A stretch of 64,000 nucleotides of DNA from Tubiluchus corallicola. Taxonomy: Eukaryota > Animalia > Priapulida. The notes beneath the pieces are model-generated. The model did not search any database, had not been told where the DNA came from, and saw only the letters and a list, made by a program, of their open reading frames with translations. Of the stretch, positions 52,901 to 62,020 are shown one piece after another. The stretch covers positions 870,282-934,281 of the forward strand of contig JAQGDQ010000016.1 in NCBI GenBank assembly GCA_030141605.1. Direction: 5' to 3'. Every line of letters starts with the position of its first letter. The stretch's first letter is position 1. The translations under genes and the position numbers were made by a program.

Positions 52901-55900
52901 AACGGAAGCGGGTCGTAACTTGCACCAGTCAGTCATGCGTGTCCAGCAGTAAGCATGTTACATTCAACGGTGCCAAAAAAGCTTGCAAAATTATTGTTAA
53001 AGAGGCAAGGTTTCCAATTTGCAGTTAATAATGCAAAATCAGCCCAAATGACATAATATAACAGACTCATGCAAAATAAATATTATCAATAGTATTTGCG
53101 GCCACACTATCAAAGTTTGCAATCCAATCAAATGCATTTTGTAGCCACACGAATAAAATGAAAAAAATTAACAGTAATGCCACTGTAGGTTTAATATTGT
53201 TACCATAGGCAAACTGAAAATAAGAGAAGGACACCAAAAAGGGTAACAATAATAAGAGCTCGAATTAGTGCGTTTCATTTGAAAACAGTGGCCAAAAATT
53301 ATGACCATCAAATATTTTTCATTCGATGGTAATTTCACAGCACATTGCTTAAAGGAAAACAGTACACAATTCCAGATCATACCTCAAGATGATCTACCAT
53401 TTAAAATACTGCAAAAGCAAAGACTGTTTTTGTATAAAAAACAATCTTTTCTTTTCCAGTATTTTAAATGGTAGATCATCTTGAGCTATGGTATTAGTAT
53501 CGAATGAAAAATGACCTACACAAAACATAATATCCTCGAAGACTTAGTTGCATTAATTATTACCACTCTCTACCATACACACAACCATACAACATAGAAA
53601 CCTAGTTTCATTAAACAGGCATGAAATACATTGAATGAAAACACTTTTGTACAGAATAAGAACATGATAAGTCATGACATCAAGGCAGCCTTGCAAAATT
53701 ATGTTAACTCAATTAACAGTTTGAAAATTGAAACCTAAAACTCATCAAGCTTTTCAATGTCATTCTTATCATCTCGCAATAGTACCACATTTCAAGTTTC
53801 ATTTGGCAAATAATCTAAATAAAAACAAAAAAGTGCAAGAAAATTCATTTCAACTTTCCCTGTCAACATCATGCTTTAAGATACTTAAAACATTAAGATA
53901 CTTTAAGGTACTGTAAGTAATAACTAATTATCTTCTTTATATTTTCAAACTGAAGGGAAAATCATTTAGATTACTTTTGAGCTTGAGTTTTCCTCACACT
54001 TGGAATCATGGCACTGAGGGAAACCAAATGTTTTTTACTCGTACAAAAATAAATTCAGTTAAACCCAACAAAAGATGTTCAGCTTCTGTGTAGCTTAGAA
54101 ATTTCACAAATGGGCCAAAATCTACAAAAATATGTGGCACAAAACCCAAAATTTATCTTTTTAATTTTTTTGTGAACCCAAGAAAGCAGCAAAGATAAAC
54201 ATTCTTTATAAATAAACACACTCTTTGTAAATTCATTTTTGCACTTTTTTGTTTTTACATTAATAATAATTACATAAAATGCTCCCCAAGCCTATAAAAA
54301 TACAAAACAGTAAGCACAGCTAATGTTCAATTTCTTCACATGGCAATTAGATTGACCCAAATAATTTACAGAATCATCAACTGATAAATATTTCGTTTTA
54401 AAATGGAGAACTTAAAATTCATTCAAGTACCTCATTCAAAAATAAATTTAAATGAAAACTTAAATATTTAAGCAAGCGCTCATATTGCATCACAAAATTC
54501 TGCTAACAGTTTAATGCAGTCTAAGGTGCAGAACAACTGGCGAGTTGTACAGGCACTAGTGGACAGTTAGAGAATCGCAAACAGACAATAAACAAAGAAT
54601 CAAAAATAATAATAATCCATACAACCTCGAGTAAAATTAGTGAAATAACATAATCATCACTCAAAGAACTATAACTTATCAGTAATCACAGAGTATTAAA
54701 CAAATACAATTTTTGTGAACTAACGTCAATATGGTTAAACTCCAGGAAAACTGTTAAAATTCATTTGTTCACAGTTTAAATACACTAATTTATGTAGTAT
54801 CGCTTATTCAGTTTTCTTTACAAGTTGCAAAACTGTATTACAGTCACGTATCAATCAAACATTGGAACATTGGTACTCAAAGTAGACTGCTTTCTTCAAA
54901 AAAAAACAGAATGTGTATTCTCAGCATATGCAGATTCCTTGACAGTAAACTAGCATGTAGCATGTAGCATGCAGTTGTAATGTGTTGACAACAGGGACGT
55001 TACCGAAACTGAAATTACAAACTGAAACCAAAACCGAAATTTATGAAACATAGGAAACCGATGCCGAACCGAACCGAAATCGTTTTTGCAAAACCAACTA
55101 CTATCAAAACTGAAAGAAATTCTGAAATAAATAAAATACTTTGGTTTTGCTTGTTTGCTTTTATTTGCTCTGATATAAACTGGATGAAGTAGCTAAGTAA
55201 AATATCTTAACGAAAAAAGTAGAACAATGTTTACGGTTACAGATCATGCTGCTTCAAAAAATTGACAAATTTTATTTTGTTGCCAATATTTCATAAATTA
55301 TAAAATTAAACTTGGTTTTATTCAAATTACGCTTTAATATTTCAGCCGATTGTGCCTTGGCTTAAAGATTCACAGTCGTAAACACAGAAGATATGTCGCC
55401 ATTACCATAAAAAGCATGCAACAAATAGTACAAAAAGTTTACTTTCGCTTTATTTTAACTATTTTAGACAAGATTTTTCAGCGATTTTTAACATCAAGGA
55501 GAAAAAAGTAAGCTGGATAAAAACTACTAAAACCTCGGCTATGAAACTTAATAATTTTTGACAAAAATGAAACTGAACGGAAAGTGCAGTTATCGGCAAA
55601 CTGAAACGAAATTTCCATTTCAGAAACATTCCTAGCTGACATTACCTTTTAAAATAACGTTTAAATGCTGTTTATAATTTATCGGCCTTATAAGCACTAG
55701 GACCTAAACTAACCTCAACAGAAATCAATTGTTACACAGACGCTAAGTTCTCTAAAACACCTGCTCCATTGATATCAATAAATATGCTCATTTCCACTAA
55801 TTTCTATGACATACCTGTAAACTCTGACTCATCAAGATACTGTGCTGATCAGCAGATACTGTTTGTCCGGAAAACATGCCAAGTTGCCCCAGGAACAGAG

Positions 55901-57617
55901 GCTGAGCATGCGGTTGATTATGCAGAATCTGCTTTGACATAATCTGAGCAGCGTTAGCTGGTTGTAGTCGAGCAATTGGCTGTTGCTGTTGCGGTTGTGG
56001 CTGCTGCTGTGCATTTGTTACTGGCATTTTTGCCTAAAAGACAGTGGAACAAATGTATTTCCAACCATAATAGCACGACTGATACTGATTCACAATAAAA
56101 GAAATAAAAAACTAAAAAATCTACGTTGTTTCTACTTTTGCAAATAAAAAGCAAATATGCTAACAAGTAAATAATGTACACCAGACTCACATCAACAGCC
56201 TGGCTCACTGTAGTGGTACACACAGGCCCAGACACAGGAGCAGCCACCCCTGGAGACTTGGGACTCTTTGGCTGGAGAGGAATGTTGAGATTCTGTGGAT
56301 TAATCCCAGTGGCAGTGTTGAGAGCCTGTAACTGTTGAGAGTTAATCGCTGCTGCTGGCATAGCCGTGTTCAGCGATTGCAACTGCGGATTTACTGGCTA
56401 AAATAAATGTGAACACAGTGAAATAACCAACCCTACTTTTAAACTACTTAAACTGGTGCAAATGAATAAGGTAATTTGTCTTGCAATCACGCACAATTCA
56501 AAATATCATATCTGTTTGATGCTTCACAAATTTTTGTCAAATTTGGGAAGCCAAAAGCTACAGATTAGTATGTCACATTCAAATTTCACTTAACCTAGAT
56601 GTTTAAAAACCATAATTATTAACAAATTTTAGCAAATATACAAGTGGTAATTCTTGTTCAGTTGTTTTCTTTAACTCACTCAAACAAATCTTCCACAAAC
56701 CATTGCAAATACATTATACAGTACGTACCTGCAAAGCTAAACTTCCCGGAGGCAGCATAAGTGATTGCTGTGGATTACACAGTTGCTGAATATATGGAGG
56801 ACTGTGAATCACCTGCACCTGCAGAATGACAAGCATATATAGGAAAATACTGGTCAGGTTTACTCAAAGAAAACACAAAGGTGAAAAAAAATTTCAATGA
56901 AGATTCAGCCAACAAGGTGATGCAATTGAATGACTTTAATCACGAAAAAATGTTCGCACCACAACTGAATCAAAACATACTGATTTGCTTTATGATTCAG
57001 CAGCATTTGGATGCCATAGCAGGTTAAATAAAGTCAAAAATTTCTGAGTGCCAAATACCCCCTTAAAAAAGTGAGACACTGTATCAGCTGTTGGAAGAAA
57101 TGCCTTCATTTAGTTTGCACTGAAAATGGAAGACACAGAGAGCACTACCTATTTTAATAATGGTTACGTACGAATTTTTTTCCGGCATTTGTTTCCAACT
57201 TGACGATTTAAAACTTTTGTATCTTTGGAAAATTTAAGGGAATGACCTAAAATTTTTCGTGTTTATACATAACCATATGCAAAATACTCGTGACAATTGT
57301 CAAAAGATTCCGTTATTTTCTTTTTATAATAAATCATAACCAGAACTTCAGCACATTTTATCCCCACCTGATATATATCAGAAAATCTTACACCCAATTT
57401 CACCTCATGCAGCACAAAATGAAAATACCTGTGCAGGAGAAAAATGTGATTGTGGAGTTGCAGGAACACTCAGAGGACGTGGAAGGCTATTCACCACAGA
57501 ACATGGTGCATATGGCACCGCTTGAGAATTCACCGCCAGACTCGTAACTTGTTGTTGCTGTTGCTGCTGAGGCGGGCTGCTGCTAGCTGAATCCTGAGTG
57601 CTGCCCGAGTCACTCAT
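46708..57617 (-). CDS. PHC: Polyhomeotic-like Polycomb group (PRC1) protein, about 804 aa, 15 coding exons
   Basis: Phase-consistent exons in transcript order: 57617-57429, 56818-56729, 56397-56191, 56033-55815, 52838-52629, 51946-51818, 51701-51500, 51359-51210, 50798-50662, 50184-50050, 49549-49438, 48736-48578, 48199-48084, 47955-47797, 46908-46708. Q-rich N-terminus, HD1, FCS zinc finger, C-terminal SAM. Confidence 0.93.
47797..47955 (-). CDS. PHC: Polyhomeotic exon, linker and SAM start (HPNQWT)
   Basis: tag / gtaagt, 159 nt, phase 0-0. Confidence 0.9.
48084..48199 (-). CDS. PHC: Polyhomeotic exon (LGSPGIPTPAYAWMTKRKKKSESSWKDAKGINLPHHDLK)
   Basis: Only open frame; phase 1-0 is required to join its neighbours. 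Confidence 0.8.
48578..48736 (-). CDS. PHC: Polyhomeotic exon, FCS zinc finger
   Basis: LTCEFCGK...FKRSKRFCSTQCSKRFNINCSRR. Confidence 0.95.
49438..49549 (-). CDS. PHC: Polyhomeotic exon (VNRSSLLVE...)
   Basis: Continues HD1; cag / gtacat. Confidence 0.88.
50050..50184 (-). CDS. PHC: Polyhomeotic exon, HD1 domain
   Basis: AIVKPHILTHVIEGFVIQEGPEPFP. Confidence 0.95.
50662..50798 (-). CDS. PHC: Polyhomeotic exon
   Basis: GDLPPAEEQPDNQMDTE...; tag / gtttgt, phase 1-0. Confidence 0.85.
51210..51359 (-). CDS. PHC: Polyhomeotic exon
   Basis: GGARKAKAKPAVDNAK...; 150 nt, phase 1-1. Confidence 0.8.
51500..51701 (-). CDS. PHC: Polyhomeotic exon
   Basis: IAMPTKQQPGQMKNLANILPA...; cag / gtaaaa. Confidence 0.85.
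51818..51946 (-). CDS. PHC: Polyhomeotic exon, Q-rich
   Basis: AMQQNWAQQPLQSPLLAPQTPVYIRPQQQDMLIQ. Confidence 0.85.
52629..52838 (-). CDS. PHC: Polyhomeotic exon
   Basis: KSKSKSPNVSS...QAQLISHLQQM; cag / gtatgt. Confidence 0.85.
53378..53490. repeat. Near-perfect inverted repeat (about 54-bp arms, 4 mismatches)
   Basis: catacctcaagatgatctaccatttaaaatactg... / ...cagtattttaaatggtagatcatcttgagctatg. Confidence 0.9.
54992..55634. mobile_element. Degenerate hAT-like MITE
   Basis: Termini CAGGGACGTTACCGAAA and TTTCAGAAACATTCCTA, CCGAAA/CTGAAA subterminal repeats, imperfect 8-bp flanks gttgacaa/gctgacat; related copy at 13261-13362. Confidence 0.55.
55815..56033 (-). CDS. PHC: Polyhomeotic exon, Q-rich
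   Basis: AKMPVTNAQQQPQPQQQQPIARLQP... Confidence 0.85.
56191..56397 (-). CDS. PHC: Polyhomeotic exon
   Basis: PVNPQLQSLNTAMPAAAINSQQLQ...; tag / gtgagt. Confidence 0.85.
56729..56818 (-). CDS. PHC: Polyhomeotic exon
   Basis: VQVIHSPPYIQQLCNPQQSLMLPPGSLALQ; cag / gtacgt. Confidence 0.85.
57429..57617 (-). CDS. PHC: Polyhomeotic first coding exon (exon extends as 5'UTR to 57663)
   Basis: aagATGAGT start with an upstream in-frame stop; MSDSGSTQDSASSSPPQQQQQQQ; CAG|gtattt donor. Confidence 0.82.
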
Positions 57618-58070
57618 CTTTCGGATAGGTTTCTAACCCTCGTTCTTCCCCTTATTAATAAACCTACATGTACAACAGATTAAGCATTCATACATTTCTC
57701 AGTTTCTCAAATCAAAAGCTACCTCGCACAGTTGTGAAGTTTGTCTTACAATAGTGTGTTGGCAAATTTGGCATCCCAATAAAAGGTCTGATCTATTACT
57801 TTGATTACTTCAAGAAAAACCACTAGTGTTCATTTCTTTGGCTAGTTAGAAATTAGTTTATTTTTGCGAAAACTCAAGATTTAATGCTGCAGAAAGACAA
57901 TTTATTCATGGCATAAGGCACTTAACAATGCACAACAATGTTCGTCAAAGATAAAGTAAAAGGCCAATATAACTCCAACAGACATTGAACTTTTTACTGT
58001 ATTGTTATGATTACAAAAAGAATTTGTAGTTAATTTTCTATATAACGAACAGACAAATTAAATAACTTAC

Positions 58071-58143
58071 CCGTTTCTGGCAAATTTCGAATGTGTACAT
58101 TGCCGTGAAGACGGCCATGTTTCGCGTCTTTCGCGAGAATGAC
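58071..58143 (-). promoter_or_regulatory. Putative Polyhomeotic core promoter and 5'UTR exon 1 (Inr TCATTC, TCTCGCGA, YY1/Pho-like AACATGGCCG)
   Basis: CpG-rich patch ending in a CGG|gtaagt donor, about 400 nt upstream of the first coding exon's acceptor. Confidence 0.6.
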
Positions 58144-58638
58144 ATAACTAATACATGATGTAAGTAAGCTTCAGAGATTAAACAAAAGTCTAATCACGGC
58201 TAGCGTAAAATTCTTGCCTTCAAAATATGGACACATTGGCAAAGCGAAATTGCCGACTGCTTTGACACTCGAGTGGTGGAGCTATATTGGGACAACTTGT
58301 AAATAGTAAATAGCATTCAAAAGATGAAAAGATATAATTATGGTATCTAAAATTGTGCACAAGTTAAAGTTTCCAGCTGCTGCAAGTCTTACCACCATGA
58401 GCGCCAGCAGGCAGACGCACCGACGCACGTGAATTCACAGAATTTCTTAAGAAAATTTTTTATGGCTAAATAATGTTTTTTAGCAGTAAACGAAGAAACA
58501 CACCAACCCCTTATTTGTTTGCACAATCCCCGAGCCGTCAGCTAATTTGCACAGTGAAGTTATGGTTATGTATGTCACTTACAAAGTGTCGATTTTCGTT
58601 GTCTAGACACTTTTTAGCTAACTGTAACTGCGCTTCTG

Positions 58639-59257
58639 CATTGAGCGGGTGGGCATAAGGGGCCTGGGCCCCCCTTTCATGGTAGTAATGAAATTATGAG
58701 TCACGAGTTTGAGGTAACACAACGAGTTTTAAAGTAGTGAACTTGCCTGAGGAAATAGCTTCCAGCAACCGCAAAATGGTCTAAAATGCAGTAAAATTGA
58801 ATTTAGCTGTGTCCAGTGGGAAAAATTAGCACGCACACAAACAAATTAAATTTTGTATGAACAGTGTGTGGGCTGCAAAGTTAACAGCCTCAGATTAGTT
58901 TTATGTATGACAATCCACATTTTGCTGGATAAGAGAATCTTGACACTAAATAAATTAAGCTTAAGTAATGGGTCATAGGCATTGCAGTGTATTGCGAACT
59001 TGCTTTTAAGATATATGACAACTACAATAGAATACAATGAATATCAGCTAGGCAAATGTAGGTAAAATATATTTATTAAAGCAGAATTTTCCATGTTTGA
59101 GGAAGTCTATGTACCACATTTGATCTCATTCGAGGATTCCAAATTGTGTTTAAATACAGAAAAATGCTCCCCGGACCCCGCTGGGGAGCTTACACTGCTC
59201 CCCCAGACCCCCTAGCTGCTTGTGCGTCAAATTTTTTAACCTCTGGTGGCGCCCATG
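58639..59257. mobile_element. Putative degenerate MITE with GGGGAGCTTACA..GCTCCCCCAGACCCCCTAGC hairpin module
   Basis: GC-rich ends (…GGGGCCTGGGCCCCCC…, …GGCGCCCATG) and a module repeated at about 61281-61334; boundaries approximate. Confidence 0.4.
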
Positions 59258-59740
59258 TTTACCACAATCCTAAAATCATCAAATTATTTCTTCACCTATT
59301 GAGGTAGGCCTGCATTACGAGAGGGTGAGTCGCTACTTACTCAGCTGATTTTGCTGAATAATTTGTAATGAGCACACCCTTCTCACAAACAGTGTCAAGA
59401 AGAAGTTAGTACGGCATACACTTCAGCAAAAAATTTATTTGAGCACTTCAGATACAAACATTCAGAGATTTGTGCAGAGACAACAAAGACTGTGATGCCT
59501 AGGCAGAGGTCAGCAGAGTAGCCAGCAGTTTATGCAGTAAACCAGCTAGCGTTTTGATAGAATAACTCCATTTGACAGTAACAGCAAAGCCATAAAATGC
59601 ACAATAGCGATTTTTTGAGTAAGAACATGGTACCTACGTTACTACGCATGGAGTCAATAAGCCAGGGTTTAAAGCCACGAATGATGACGGGCAACTGAAA
59701 GGTACATGCTATAGACACTCGTAAAGACGTACTTAAACAA

Positions 59741-59854
59741 TGACGTCATGTAACAATTACGTCATTCATCTCGCGCAATTGAAAAATGGCAGAGCTTCAA
59801 ATTTAATACCGCTAACAAGGAAGTGATAAAAATTCAAAAGAAGCAAGTTTTACA
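59741..59854 (+). promoter_or_regulatory. Putative divergent core promoter and non-coding first exon of an unidentified gene (CRE TGACGTCA, Inr TCATTC, TCTCGCG, AAAATGGC)
   Basis: Motif cluster followed by an ACA|gtaagt donor at 59855. Confidence 0.5.
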
Positions 59855-59966
59855 GTAAGTTTATAAAGAAAGTAGGATTTTAGATTATGAAAGCTTATAT
59901 TATATTGAGGGTTCAGTTTAACTTTAATGTTAACTGCAGGTTTTGAATCTCACGCAACAGAATAAC

Positions 59967-61395
59967 CAGTGCTTAAACTGCGCTGGGCCTGTCCGGGTCG
60001 CAGACTCGGAACCTCAAATTATAGACCCTGCACCTAAAGAAAAAACAATTTCTTGCCGGGTCACACATTTAGATTTCTCACCATTTAATTGGCTATAAGC
60101 CTATCCATAACACAAAAACTTGTAATACATAAAACTTTCTAGCAGTATTACTAAAAACTTTGTCTGTTATTGAACTGTAGATGGTAAAAACGAAAAACCA
60201 AACAGAAAGTTACTTAAAAATGCACCACAACAGTTAAAGCATTATGCATTATTTTCGTCTCTGCATTGTCGCAACACAACAGTTCGAAGATAGATAAGTG
60301 TTTGTTGCAGGTGTTTGTTTTTGTAGAAAATGAAAAGGATGCAGTCACAACTCATCAATGGATTTTCTCGTTACTGACAGAATACAATTATACAAATTAT
60401 CATAATGCAATTATGACTGAAAGTTTCTGTCAACTTATCATAATTACCCAAAATCTCTTCTTAATTAGCTGGGTGTAACCAATAAGCGAACCTGTGCTGA
60501 AAATGATTAGGACGTATTTGCTAATGACTAACCAGGCTGTAGACTAGGGTGCCAAATAGTGGCTCAGTGTTGAAAATTTTCTATTCTCCTCTATATTCAG
60601 AAAAATGTATATCCTTTCATATTCATAGTGTGTATTTTATAACACACTACAGGCAGTTACTGCCTGCAAGTGCCATTATAACGTTTATAATAAACTAATA
60701 CAATTATTCTCATATAAAAGGTCCTACACCACAAACAGTTGTGAGGCCTCCTTAGATAAGAGATCGTACAAATATAATATACCATAATAACTGTTTGTTA
60801 GCCTTCATATATAAACAATCACAAATCCACAATACAAGTGTGAAGGATACAACTGTCAGAATAGGGTGTTATATTTTTTGATACACCCCTGAAAATGATC
60901 AGCAAATTAGATAGGACTGTGAATTTAAACAAAGAAATGAATGATTTTTTAAATGAAAATAATTTTGTGTTTCTGAATGACGAAATATATGATGTAGTTG
61001 ACAGCTAGTGATATTGTCGTTTAACCCACAAGAAAGGGATTGGTCGCAAAAGAGAATGATATTAATTATGTTATTAGATGAATTATAGAACCTCAAGGTT
61101 CAACAGTGGTTAAATGACATAGAAAGTGTTGCTTTTGAAAAAAGACCTACATTTTGTATCCTTAAAGGTGAAAAACAGTTGAAATACTGCTAAATGAACT
61201 GCCCCTTTTTCATTAACTTTCCGACCATTGTTTGGCTCAAAATGCCTAAAAACCAGGAAAATGCATTGATTTCCAAGGCTCGGCCCCAGATCGAGCTGGA
61301 GGAACTTACTGTACTCCCCCAGACCCACTACCTGTTTACTTTGTTCGACATGAGACCCCCTTACCTGAACATATATACCAGTACATTAAGCACTG
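59967..61395. mobile_element. Putative non-autonomous DNA element with 10-bp TIR CAGTGCTTAA
   Basis: CAGTGCTTAA at 59967, TTAAGCACTG at 61386; internal CTCCCCCAGACCC module shared with 59168-59218; TSD unconvincing. Confidence 0.45.
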
Positions 61396-61720
61396 TGTAT
61401 AATCCACTATTTTATGGTTCTTTATAGTACATATTGTTCCACCCCTGACCGAACAAGCACCTGGTCCAGATGGAGCAAGATCTGATAGGCTTGATTTTGA
61501 TGGCAGGTGGTAGACCAGACAATTATGTTATGTAAAAATGTCTGATATCAGAATACAGAATAATTTATTTGTATATCGCCGATCACGTTGCCATTCTTCA
61601 CTTGCGCTAGCAATTTTCGGCAACTGGGTATAAATTACCGTCACCATGGAAATAATTCTTGTGTAAAAATAATGGAGACCCCTGCATCTTTTGTGTATTA
61701 TATACTATTAATCTGTAAAG

Positions 61721-61975
61721 ATTAAACGTGATGCAATGTACAGAGAGAGAAAGAAAGCAGGGACCTTAGATTATTCTCGCTATACAGACAGTAAAATCTA
61801 CATTAGTGAATCACTGACACCGAGATGACGTGAACTCTTTCGGATAGCGCTCAACTACAAAAAGCAACACAACTTTGCACACATTTGGACTGTCAACGGC
61901 AGGATTTTTCTGCGAGCCACCGATAATAGCCAGAAACTTACGATAGACTGTGAGCAAGACCTGGCTGATATATAG
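61721..61975 (+). pseudogene. C-terminal remnant of LINE ORF1 (5'-truncated, premature TGA at 61826)
   Basis: KIYISESLTPR*RELFRIALNYKKQHNFAHIWTVNGRIFLR resembles the ORF1 C-terminal domain of CR1/L2-group LINEs. Confidence 0.8.
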
Positions 61976-62020
61976 GCCGTCTCAATGTTTAATATCTTTG
62001 AAACTTAATTCAAGTCCTTT

